From Octopus vulgaris (taxonomy: Eukaryota): a DNA stretch of 64,000 bases. The first letter of the stretch is position 1, and each line of letters begins with the position of its first letter. Both the position numbers and the translations under genes were made by a program. The stretch is from positions 46,996,001-47,060,000 of the forward strand of contig OX597837.1 in NCBI GenBank assembly GCA_951406725.2, read 5' to 3'. Positions 43,299-55,289 of the stretch are shown here, piece after piece. Under the pieces are notes generated by a model. It was given only the letters and a program-made list of their open reading frames with translations. It searched no databases and was not told the DNA's origin.

Positions 43299-43372
43299 CA
43301 GGTCACTGCCTGGAATTGAACTCAGAATCTTGGGGTTAGTAGCCCGCGCTCCTAACCACTACGCCATATGCT
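43040..43372 (-). mobile_element. tRNA-headed SINE-like element carrying a hammerhead ribozyme (most complete copy)
   Basis: Minus strand: A box TGGCGTAGTGG, anticodon-like arm GGG CTACTAA CCC, B box GAGTTCAATTCC, then (AAC)n/(AAT)n, a unique body, the H2 hammerhead and a 3' end ...AAATATAGAACTG. The body recurs at 24460 and 35468. Confidence 0.85.
43119..43164 (-). ncRNA. Minimal hammerhead ribozyme, family H2 (inside the full-length tRNA-headed element)
   Basis: Minus strand GACAC CTGATGA A GGCTG GAGAGTATAT CAGCC GAAACGTT GTGTT, identical to the copy at 24557. Confidence 0.78.
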
Positions 43373-44428
43373 CGTAGGTCTCATTCTTTTGTCGTCATTT
43401 TATTATTAATATATATATATATCAATAATATTTTTTTTTTCGATATCGGACGGTTGGGCTTCCTGTGATAGAGTGGACCACAAACATAGTTGTGAAGTGA
43501 TGAAGCTGTGACTGTTGTCACTTTCGGTTTCGATCGCAATTTACTTTCACTTTTTAAGACACTAAAATGCAAGTTAACCGATTTGGAGTCCATCAGCAAC
43601 CACAAAAACAACAAAAGACCCCTTTCGGGGTTGTTCGAGCAGCTATAAATAACAGGCTAATCTCCCTCATATCACACCCAAACCATCTTTAAAAGGGGGA
43701 AGACCTTAAACAGTGTAGTCCTAGTTAGCCCTAGAAAAAGATGATCAAAGCTACAATACCTTCGTTCTGTTGGTTCAAAGGTGACCTTTTGCTAAATAAC
43801 AACAGTTTAAACAAGGAAGCTTCTACGTGGTTGCTCGATTTGCTTGAAATAGATACCAAATGTAACTCAAATTACACCCGGCATTCATCAAATGAATTTG
43901 TGTAGAACATCAAGTAGTGTTGATATCCATAGTCAGTACCACAATGTTTCCTGCAATGCACCCCCCGCCCTCCACGCACACATCTACATTTACATTGACA
44001 CTCACACAAACACATATTGAACTCTATGTTGCTTAAAGCATAAGTTTCGCTAAGGACGTTTAATACGGCCGGAAAAACGTCTCGTTGGTTCCACCACTTA
44101 ACGATTTAGACAAAAGACAGTCGGTCGGTAGAATCGTTACGGCGTCAGATAAATTGCTTTGCAATAACCTTTCCAGCTCTCTACGCTCTGAGTTCAAATC
44201 CAGTCGAGGTCAACTTCGTCTTTTATTCATTCGAAGTTGATAAATAAAGTATCAGTGCTGTATTGAGATCCAATTCTCTCTTTGTCTAACTTTCTTTCTT
44301 TGTGTCTCTCTTTCGTTGTCTGTCTGTTTTTTCCTTCTTTCCTTGTTTTCAGGTTTAGATAGATCGATATTTAGATAGATAGATATTTATATAGATTGAT
44401 ATATATAGAGAGAGATATTTAGATAGAT

Positions 44429-44500
<72 letters not shown>

Positions 44501-44501
44501 C

Positions 44502-44574
<73 letters not shown>

Positions 44575-45125
44575 CAGATAGATAGATAGATAGAGAGATA
44601 GAGAGATAGATAGATAGATAGATAGATAAATAGATAGATGTAGATAAACCTGTGTACACTTGATCAATAACTTCATAACATTAAACCTTAATCAATTAAA
44701 TTTGTTGTTTAGTTTCCATCATACAGTATGTTACCATGGTATTATGTCGTATTATCCGGCGTTATTAAGATGCTTGGAGGTGCAACAGAGAGAGTCGATA
44801 AGCGATGTTTATTCCCATCGTTTGCGTACGACTTTGTACGGTGTTGTTTCATTTAACGCTGCAGGTTTAGGAACAGATCTTGAAAGCTGGCTTGAAATAT
44901 TATTGTAAATATCAGCGTGCGTGCATGTACGTGCGATGTGTGAGAATTGACGTGTGTGTGTCCTCTAGATGACGATGTTTACAATCAGTTTACAGTCAAT
45001 AAATATAACTGAGCAACATCTGATAAAGAGATTACAAAGTGAATCACGTGACTTTCTGGCCACCATTTTTTCACTGGGAAATAAACCAAATGATGTATTC
45101 GTTCAACTACTCTCTCTGGGAATAG

Positions 45126-45189
<64 letters not shown>

Positions 45190-45194
<5 letters not shown>

Positions 45195-45653
45195 ATGGTA
45201 TTATTAAAATACCATCCCGAGTGGTAAGCGAATTATCAGCCGTACAGGCAAATTAATAAAATATATACATACAACATTAAATATGTACATATACACACAA
45301 GGGTATATATGTACATATATACTTTGGCTGATGAGAAATCAGGCACCTATTTGGCGCTAAATTTCGAAACCGGTACCAAGTTGACCAGCATTTATTTGTT
45401 CTGACCCATTTGAGGTAAGACATTATTATTGTTCACCGATAATTTTTCCTCTCTTGTCTGTAATGGGTTTGTGACTATTCGGTGGTACAGAAGTATTTCT
45501 TTTACTTCTATCATTAGTGATATAGGTACTCATGTAGTATCCTTGTGTATATATGTACATATTTAATGTTGTATGTATATATTTTATTAATTTGCCTGTG
45601 CGGCTGATAATTCGCTTACCACTCGGGATGGTATTTTAATAATACCATCCCTA
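45190..45653. mobile_element. Short element with 113-bp terminal inverted repeats enclosing a hammerhead, inserted in (TA)n
   Basis: 45190-45302 is the reverse complement of 45541-45653 with 2 mismatches. Each arm starts with the hairpin GGGATGGTATT-ATTAA-AATACCATCCC. Confidence 0.9.
45321..45381 (+). ncRNA. Minimal type I hammerhead ribozyme, family H3
   Basis: TTTGG CTGATGA GAAAT...ATTTC GAAAC CG GTA CCAAG: stem I TTTGG/CCAAG, stem II GAAAT/ATTTC, palindrome ACCGGT, GUA triplet with predicted cut after 45375. Confidence 0.85.
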
Positions 45654-45661
45654 TATTTATT

Positions 45662-45737
<76 letters not shown>

Positions 45738-46247
45738 TTATACATGCGCGTGTATTTATGTGTTACGTTCAACACATTCCAGCCTATCTAATCTGCAACC
45801 TGTTATAACAAAGTGCACTATAAATAGTTTAACTGTAATTAGGCAATTAAGGGCTGCAACATTAGTCACCATAATGAATATGGGGGGGGGGGGTAGTTAA
45901 ATAACAGAAGGAAAAAGTTACATTGTTTCATTAAGCTGTTTCGTAGAATTCGGTAATACAAAATACTTCCTTGGTGTGTTTCTCGAAACACATGCATTTA
46001 TGTATGTGTGTGTGTGTGTGTGTGTATATTCCTTTTTCATTGTTTCATTCATTAGACCGCGACCATGGTGGGGCACACGTTGAAGAATTTTAGTCGAACG
46101 AATCAACCCCCCACTACATATTTTGTTAAGCCTTGTTGTTATTCTAATGGTTTTTGTCGAACCGTTAGGTTACGAGGACATAAACACACCAACACTGGTT
46201 GTCGAATGATGGTGGGGAACAATTTCACACACACACACACACTCACA

Positions 46248-46930
46248 CAGGTGGGCTGAAAAGTTCATTAGCTGAGTGTGAAGGAGTGATACTAGAGCAG
46301 GGAAATCTTGCCTGCATTAATTTCAATTTTCTTATTAAAAACTGGATCGTTTCTTTCCAAGGAAACTGATTGTTCAAAGGAGACTTCACAACTAACTCGT
46401 AGCACCTTCTCTTGACCATCAATAAAATTTGGCATCGTGGTGTTATCAAGTACCTACGGGAAAAGGATTTAGGCCCCAAGGACAGTTATACTGACATGGT
46501 TGCTACATTAGTAAATAGCTGACGCTCCATCTTTGTCAACAGTGCAAAAGTTGGGAGCTGAATTTAGAAGAAAAGAGAGTCTTGGAGATGACCCAATGTC
46601 TGGAGGTCCTGTAACTGCAGTCACCGAGGAAAACATTGATCGTGTTCACCACATGGTGGTGGATTACAAGCGATTGACTACAAAATAAAATAGCCAATGC
46701 TATTAGCGATTCCCATGAGAGGGTTGAGAATATTTTGCTCAATGAATGTTGATGTGATGAAGGGTTCTGCTCGGTACGTGCCTTGTCTTCTGACGCCTGG
46801 TCAAAAGCGGACCAGTTTGATTACACCACAGAAAAATCTAACATTGTTTGAGGCAAATCTTGTTGGTTTCCTCTGAGTGTTTCCTAACCCAGATGAGTGT
46901 TGGCGCTATCACTTCGAGCCAGAGACATAA
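46248..46930 (+). mobile_element. Mariner transposase 5' fragment
   Basis: HRGVIKYLREKDLGPKD, LGDDPMSGGPVTAVTEENIDRVHHMV, SARYVPCLLTPGQKR, DECWRYHFEPET. Confidence 0.8.
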
Positions 46931-46998
46931 GTATACGGTATACCGAAGTGGGCATTATAATAATTCGACATTTTAAGAATATAGCACAAACACACACA

Positions 46999-47073
<75 letters not shown>

Positions 47074-47361
47074 CGAGATTCTGCAAAATTTCTGTCCACA
47101 ATATTTCACTTACAAGGTATTATTATACCAAAGGTCGAAGATTCTTGCCCTTGAATCCGCGGTATCAGATCGAACCCAGAATCACGTGAATGCAAGGTGA
47201 ACTTCTTAACTACATATCCTTGCTTGGACGGAAAAGGTCAGCGGGTATATAGTGCAAATTTGTATGATGTAAGATATTTTGTAGGAAGGTATGAAATGTC
47301 ATTTTGGATTTTTACAGTGGAATGTGTTTTTTTAAAAATATATATATGTATATAATATAAA

Positions 47362-47420
<59 letters not shown>

Positions 47421-47427
<7 letters not shown>

Positions 47428-47603
47428 ATCCAAACATGAAAACACAACAACGCGAGGACGTGGAACAAGTATAGTGTTATTGGACGCTCAGGAAAGGAAA
47501 GAAAGAAGGAGGATTTAACGTTTCGAGCGGAGCTCTTCGTCAGAAACATAGGAAAAGGAAAGATTCAAGGAAGGGAAGACGGAAGAAAAAAGTCGCCAAC
47601 GAT

Positions 47604-47605
<2 letters not shown>
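47421..47605 (-). mobile_element. Short (TA)n-flanked element carrying hammerhead H4
   Basis: Unique ~185-bp island between two (TA)n tracts. Its end ATAGTTAATCCAAACA.GAAAACACA recurs inverted at ~21630-21662, also inside (TA)n. Confidence 0.65.
47513..47547 (-). ncRNA. Ultra-minimal hammerhead ribozyme, family H4
   Basis: Minus strand GTTT CTGACGA A GAGC TCC GCTC GAAACGTT AAAT: complete core in 35 nt, weak stem I. Confidence 0.72.
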
Positions 47606-47662
<57 letters not shown>

Positions 47663-48281
47663 TATATGGGTACAGGACGTCGCCAAAAGTAAACAACATG
47701 AAATACGAAAGCAAATGAGTTCAATACGCAAACAACGAGAGAAACAAATGGAAAACAGGATAAGTAACATAAAGAATGACCCTTCGTCAGTTGTCGGCTG
47801 TCCATCTACTCCTCATTTCGAGCATTGAACGACAAGATGAGTTTTCGAGGACAGTTGCTCCCATAAGCACAAAAATAAAATTTGGGATTTATTGAGGGTC
47901 AAAGTTGGGAACAAAAACAGGACAGCGGAGACAAACAAGGAAACCGAATGAAACAAACATGGAGAGTCGTTAGACCAGAACGAGAGTAAAATAGCGAATG
48001 CTGGGGAAATATTTTCTTTGACAAGAGAACAGATAGAAGAGATATATATAGGATACGTCCATTCCTTAGGATAGCCCTGAAAGAAAAGGAAAATTATCGA
48101 GTGAGGGAAAGAAAGATGGACGATGGTCACGTGTGAGCAACGAGAGAGAGAGTAAAAGAGAAAGAGGGGGGAGAGAGTTAGAAAACGATGAAGGGGAGGA
48201 AAAGGGAATTAGAGAAAGGATGAGAGAGAAAACGATAGGGGGAGAAAACAGTTTAGAATAGAGTCACATCAAAAGAATTAA

Positions 48282-48352
<71 letters not shown>

Positions 48353-49680
48353 AAGAGTGAGAATGAGAGTGATGGGGAGAGAGAGAAGGGGGGTTGTGTG
48401 TGTATGTATGCGTGTGTGAAAGAGAAAGTGAGAGAGAGAGAGGCAGGGGATTTATGAGGAAATGAGTTGTACATAATTGAAAGTTCTGGGTTCGATCTGG
48501 TACCGTGGATTCACGAGCAACAAGGCAAGAGTCTTCGACCTTGGGTTGAACAATACCTTGTAAATGAATATATATAGGGGATAGAATTTTGCAGAATCTT
48601 GGGAGGTGTGTGTGTGCGTGTGTGTGCGTGTGCGTGTTCAGCTAAGAAAAGAAAAATAAGAAAACAAGAAGTAGGTTTCTGGATATAAGCTAAAAAGACC
48701 GAACTTTTGGATATGACCTGCTCGCTGATTGTAAGAAAAATTAGTGACATTTGTGTGTGTGTGTGTGTGAACTTGAATGAGGCGACAGGGTTTACAAAGC
48801 GTATATGTGGTGCAGAGGAGTGAATGGCTGTGCAAACACCCGCTTCTACAAAATACACAAAAAGTAAATCAATATGATTTTGCGTTGGAGGTCAGTTTTC
48901 AGAAAACAGGTTTATTTTTATACTTGCTATGTTTATCCACGTGCTTAGTTTTAGAAGCGAATGTCGAATGGTCAGGGTTACCGTAACCGACTGAACAGCC
49001 GTACGATTAGACGTCCGCCATCGGATTCTCTGACTGGCCTTTCCTCGGTGTTTCTCAACCGTTTTTTAAATTTATTTATGGACCTTTTTGATTATTATTT
49101 TATTCTGGTGGACCACCATAGCCATTCGATGTTCAAAAACTAATTTTATAGATACTTCTTCTCTAAATTACATTTTTTTTTACACCTTACCTTGCGTAGG
49201 TTGAGCTAAGTAAAGCGTTTGAAAAGAAACCTGGTTGGTTCTTGCAATAAGTACATCGAAAGCAAAAGTTTTTCCTAGCGCCATAAAATACTATTTGTAG
49301 ATCCAATTTATTATTTTGCTTGTTCTGAAAGCTGTATCAGACAAAGTCGGCAACGATTCCTTGGATGGATATCGGTGCCATGGAAAAGTGGAACATGCTT
49401 GCGTGAGCAAGTGTCAGTCTTTCTCAAAAATTCTTACCCAGACCTACATAAACGTGTACAGATATATCGTTAGTCTTCGACCGACGTAGCCCTATAAAAA
49501 ATATCTATACTTTCGCTCTTTTTTTTTTTTTCCATTTCATCAAATTTCTCCCTAAACACCAACACATTTTCTAACCTGTCTCTGGAATGTCCTTTTACCA
49601 TTGCTTTGTATCTTGTCATTGCATCCCCTTGGAACAACATAAAGAATGAGTTGTTATTTGTGGTATTATTTAAGGTGCGA

Positions 49681-50075
49681 AAGGCAGCGAGGTATCGGAA
49701 TTATTAACACACTGGGCAAAATGTTTCGCGGCATTTCGTCCGTCTTCACGTTCAGAGTTCAAATTCCGCCTAGGTCGACATTTATTCTTTTATTCTTTTG
49801 AGGTCGATAAAATAAGTACCAGTTGAGCACTGGAGTTGATTTTATTGACTTAGCTCTCCCCCGAAACTGCTGGCCTTGTGCCAAAATTTGAAATCATTAT
49901 TCAGACTGCAAAAGGCGTCAAGCTGGCTGAATTATTAGAGCGTTGAAGAAAAGCCTTCCGGTATTTGTTCCGGTTCTGAGTTCAAATACCACCGAAGTCA
50001 TCTTTGCCTAACGGGTTCGAAAGAATAGAGTCTTAGTCTAGTATTAGGGTCGATGGAATCGACTTAGCTCCTTCC
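49681..50075 (+). mobile_element. Two tandem diverged SINE family A copies
   Basis: Two successive GAGTTCAAAT...GTCGA...GTCGAT...GACTTAGCTC blocks. Confidence 0.75.
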
Positions 50076-51795
50076 CTTAAATCACATTCAGCTATCTTCA
50101 ATTAGGAAAACGTATATTGGATAATGAAGAACTGGTATTCTTTCGTTCATAGGTCTTGCTCGATAAGGGTTTACCCAGGGCTAAACCACAACAATTAAAG
50201 GAGCGACAGCAGTAGCAACTTGCCAACTCTCCAATCATTTACTCTCGTTATATCTAAAAGTCATCACTCACCCTCCAAATACTACAGACTCTCCTCTCCT
50301 CCTCCTCCTCCCACTCCTCCATACACTAACTGCCATCTTCACCACGACGACGATGACGACGACCACCACCGCCGCCACCACCATCACCACCACCACCACC
50401 ACCACCACCATCACCACCACCATCACCACCACCACCACCGCCGCCACCACCACCACCATCACCACCATCACCACCACCATCACCACCACCACCACCACCA
50501 CCACCACCACCACTTAAAGACTGCCAGTACACGATCAATTTGACGATATCAAATATCAGTTTATAAAGTAATTATGTGTAATTGTTTGTCAAACATTGAC
50601 CAACCCAATCGCATGTGTGTGTTAAGTTTTATGTCCATGTCCATATACGGCAGTACCTCGGTTTCCGAACAAATCTGATTGCGAATAAATCGGGCCTAAA
50701 TAGTAAAATGTAATTGTCAGAAATGTTAATCAAACAGACCGAATTAAGGATTTTTAATTTTGGGTAAGAGTTTTGAAGTGGCTACTTTAAGTTGGAATAA
50801 TTATATGAAAAAGAGCGCTCACGTGAAAACAGAGGCAAATTTTAACTAACAAATGAATACTGCTGGCAGTACAATGCAAGCAGTCAATAAGAACTCACCA
50901 CAGTTGACAAAGTAAAGTATTGATTTTTTTCCAGCTGAGTGTGTCCCGTTTTTTCCCTGGCTCAAGCCTAGTCCTAGGCAAATTGAGAGTAGTCTATTTA
51001 TGTTGGGGGCGCGGAGTTTCGAGGATAAAATTAAAAGGAAAAGCGTCCTGTGTCAAAGAGAGCACACATGTCAAATTAGGCGAAATTCGGTTGTAAACTG
51101 TAGGAGTAGAAGTGGTTCACACAACACACACATAGATAACTTGCCTTTTAATATTATATATATATATATATAGTGTATACACACCCACATATCCACACAT
51201 ACATATGTGCGGTGTAAAGAGATGATGGTGGCTGTTGAGTAGTGTTTATACATCCGGACCTAATGACTAAGAATAGTTTCTTGAATTTTTTAAACCTATC
51301 CTTTTGTGGACAATTGTATGTATCGCCTACGGAAAACCGTTGACAAATGACTTAATAACCTCCAGCATAGACAAAACGGCAGACATTTGTACTTGATGTT
51401 ATTCTATTTTCTCGCTACCTGGAAGTTGACCTTCCACAGGAGTTGTACTCAGAACGTAATGACCCGGAAGAAACACCGATGACATATCTATTCTGCAAAC
51501 CCATAGCCCTAAATAACTGTTTCTAAAGAAGATCCAGAACCTGGAATATGGAAGGAAGTTGATTAAATTATTTTCTGTACTTAATTGGTACTTTATTTTT
51601 AATGACTCTGAAGAAATTAATGGTTAAGGTGACTTCAGCAGGATTTGAACTCAGAACATTAAAAAAACCGTTCGGTCCGATGCTCTAATGATTCTGCTAT
51701 CTCACTACTATAATATAATAGAGTTCTGGTGATCCCCCAACTCACACCATAAAAAAAATCATTATGTAACAGGGTTGTGGGGTCCTTGTGAAATG

Positions 51796-52465
51796 TTCTG
51801 AGTTCAAATCCTGCCGAGTTCAACTTTACCTTTCATCCTTCCAGTGTCGATTAAAACAGTTCTGAGTGCAAATTCTGCCGAGGTCGACTTTGCTTATCAT
51901 CTTTTCGGGATCGATAAAATAGTAACCAGTTGAACACCGTAGTCGATGTAATCGACTACCCCCCACCAAAAAAAAAAAAAATTGCAGGTCCTGTGCTTAT
52001 AATAGAAAGGATTATCATTGTTGTTGATGTTAAGGTGGTGAGCTGGCAGAATCGTTAGCGTGTCGGACAAAATGCCTAATAGCACTTCTGGCTCTTTAGT
52101 TTCTGAGTTCAAATTCTGACATGATCGACTTTGCCTTCCAACCTTTCTGGGGTCGATAAAATAAGTGTCAATCAACAAATAGGATCGATATAGTCGACTA
52201 ACCCTTCCACCAGCATTTCAAGCCTCGTGCCTATAGTAAAAAGAACTATTGTTGTTGTTGTTATTATTATTAAGGTAGCAGGCTGACAGAATCGCTCCCG
52301 GCTCTTTACATTCTGAGTTCAAATTCCACCGAGGTTGACTTTGTCTTTTCCCCCTTTCAGGATCGATACAATACAGTACCAGTCAGGTAATGGGATCGAT
52401 ATATTTGACTTTGCCCCCCTCTTCTCAGAATTGCAGACCATGTGTCAAAATAAGAAAGAATTCTT
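51796..52465 (+). mobile_element. Cluster of about four tandem SINE family A copies immediately upstream of the SLCO exon
   Basis: TTCTGAGT(T/G)CAAAT blocks at ~51796, 51861, 52102 and 52311, each followed by the GACTTTGCCTT/GTCGATAAAA core. Confidence 0.8.
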
Positions 52466-52702
52466 TTTGTCGTTGTTGTAGCTTTGTATCTACGTCAGAA
52501 ATCTTCGGTATTTTTCAAGTTCTACATTCTGATTTAGAATCTTTGCTTTGCTCCATAAAATATCTTTTAGCTTATCTCACCTGCTTCGATCCGGTCGGCG
52601 ATGTTGCTTTCTCTAAAACAATTAGTGAAATTTTAATAATATTTTTAAGAGAAATCTTTGCCGTATTTATTTCTTTTCTTTTCTGTCTTCCTCCAGGTAA
52701 CA

Positions 52703-53468
52703 ATGGCGAATGACAAGAATCCAACGCGTGTTGATTTGTCGTCGGAAAACTACGAAGGGAATTCTCTGGCCATGCATGAAGATGGCTCTGTGAAAGTAAC
52801 GCAGCCGATGCTACGCGACAAAAGCAAAGAAGCCCTCGACGACAGAGAAAAAGTGGAATGTGGATTCGCTTCTTTCCGTCCAAATTTCCTGCAACGATTC
52901 AACAATTTGGCATCTTTCACCGTGTTCTGTTCCCTCTCATCTCTCTTCTCGCATGCGCTCACTGCCTACATCTCATCACAAATTCCAGATTTAGAGAAGC
53001 AGTTTCATCTGAGCAGTTTTCAAAGCGGTTTCATAATTAGTTGTAACGAGATTGGGTTTCTGCTCACCATTCTTTTAGCCAGTCATTTCGCCCAAAAGAC
53101 TCACATACCACGGTTTTTGACATTATGTTCGATTTTGTTCGGCCTGGCCACCATTAGTATGTTCTCTACCTTCGTTGTTCGACCCGAAACATTGTGGGAC
53201 AGCATCGATAGTTCATCAAGTTCTAAATATCCCTTTCTGTATGAAGAATTGGATTTCCTCTGCACGGATGTCAAACTGAACAAGAGTGCAGAGCTTGGGA
53301 GATGCATTCAAAAAGAAAGGATAAATTACGGTAAAACTCACCTGGCCTACTCTATTTTTATCCTCCTCATGATTATCCAGGGAATGGCGAAAGCGCCGTG
53401 GTCATCGTTAGTTCCTTTGTATATTGACAACAATGTTTCAGACCAGAGCAAAACCGGATTCTATATGG
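52703..53468 (+). CDS. First coding exon of a solute carrier organic anion transporter (SLCO/OATP, MFS superfamily); partial gene
   Basis: Stop-free 255 codons with OATP N-terminal motifs: ECGFASFRPNFLQRFNN, YISSQIPDLEKQFHLSSFQSGFIISCNEIG, SHFAQKTHIPRFL, IIQGMAKAPWSSLVPLYIDNNV...TGFYMG. Polypyrimidine tract plus CAG acceptor ends at 52696, six nt before the ATG (caATGG). Phase-1 donor G|GTGAGT at 53468/53469. Subfamily cannot be assigned by eye. Confidence 0.93.
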
Positions 53469-54628
53469 GTGAGTATATAATATTGTAAACTATATAATAA
53501 GATATATCCCTGAGCTAAATACTGAGAGATTCCATTTTCATGAAAACTACAGTTAAGTCAATGTTAACATATTTAATGTAATCAACAAAAAATTTAATTA
53601 GAAATGTGGTGAGGAAAAGACATTACTTCAATAACTAATATTATTTTAATCATTTTGGCAAGTACAAGCGTCTCTGATTAATTATCCTCTGATTAATGTA
53701 ATCAACAAAAAAGTTAATTAGAAATGTGGTGAGGAAAAGACATTACTTCAGTTCCTCAGTATTTTATTTTTAAATAGACCTATGCAAATATATGCAAATA
53801 CGGAAAAATCTATGCTTCACTGAGGCGGTCTAATAATACCAAAACGTGTCCGGAATAATTTTCCATGTTTGTTGAAATGATTAAAATATTAGTAATTGAG
53901 CTAATCTTGTCTTTTCCTCACCACATACTTATTTTTAATTGAGTTTTTGAGATGTCTCACTACGTTAATATGCTAATAGTTGGACAGCATATTTAAAGCG
54001 GCAAGCTGGCAGAAGTGTCCATTCATTCACATCTCCCTTGTGATAATAATTATCTTTCTCTATTGCAGGGATATTAATGAAAGACATTTATCATTCGCGC
54101 ACTTTTATTGCCTTTTACTGCAATTCGTTCTCGTTCCTTTCCAACAATAAACGGTTTTTCAATCGTTCGTGATTGATCCTGAAGCCGCACATTTAAACTA
54201 GCAATGGCAACCATTTTCAAAATGAATTAGTTGACGACTCCTTAATTCATTGTGTTGCTCCTCTTATTCTATAGACACTACACACATAAACACTGCCCAA
54301 AAATACTCGACACAATTACTGCACACATTGCATAGAATAATTTTCCCTGCTCCCACCTCATTTTTTACTTCTAAATCCAACATTACTTTCGCTGTATCTT
54401 AATCCCGCCAAAAGTTGTATTTTTAAGCTACATTTCACACACACACACAGAGTGGGAGAAATACATATATATATATGCATATATGTGTGTGTGTGTGTAT
54501 GATATACATACATATACACATAATTATGCAAATGTGTGTACATATATATGCATATACAGACTGACAGGCACACTTGTGCGTACATGTACGTGTATATATA
54601 GCAACATATATGCCAGCGTGTCTAATGT

Positions 54629-54663
<35 letters not shown>

Positions 54664-54725
54664 CACGCATGCACACACACACTTAACCAAGAATGATTAT
54701 TTATTTTGTTAATGGAAATATACCG

Positions 54726-54762
<37 letters not shown>

Positions 54763-55289
54763 CCTCATCTTTTCTCACAACCACCACCACCACCGTCGCC
54801 ACTTTCTTTCTATGTTCCGTTTATTTTCTCGCTGACGCCATCTTACCGTTGTTGATAAGGTTGTTTGATGGAACAGCAACAATAAACAAACAAACAACTG
54901 TAGATAACTACAAACAATAATGCAACTGACGACAACGTGGGTAAGAACAATCACCGTATCCAAAATCAATAACTGCAGAATCATCATATCCAAATCTCCT
55001 CCTCCTCTCCCACTCCTCCTCCTCCTCCTCCTCCCACTCCTGCTCTTCGTCTTCCTCGTCGTCGTCGTCATCATCATCGTCGTCAAAATTGTAATAATAA
55101 CGATGGCTTCTGATGTAGGCGCAATTTTGAGGGGAGGGGGTACCGTCGATCTCAGTACATGACTGGTACCTTATTTTTATCGACCCTGGAGGGATGAAAG
55201 GCAAAGTTGACCTCAGCAGGACTTGAAACCAGAACGAAAGGCTCATTCCGTTACGATTAGGAGTGTACGCAACGAAAAATTGATCTTTA

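Noticed and set aside
43300-43372. Functional tRNA gene (also considered at 24109, 24772 and 38460-38538)
   Set aside because: A and B boxes are present, but there is no complete acceptor stem and each continues into a repeated SINE body.
47770-47825. Possible permuted hammerhead (GCTCGAAA...CTGACGAAGGG on the minus strand)
   Set aside because: Core pieces are present but no convincing stem I or stem III can be drawn.
54069-54172. Possible second SLCO exon after the acceptor-like TCTTTCTCTATTGCAG
   Set aside because: In frame it gives GILMKDIYHSRTF...stop, without the conserved GPxxG transmembrane motif; at most a cryptic terminal exon.
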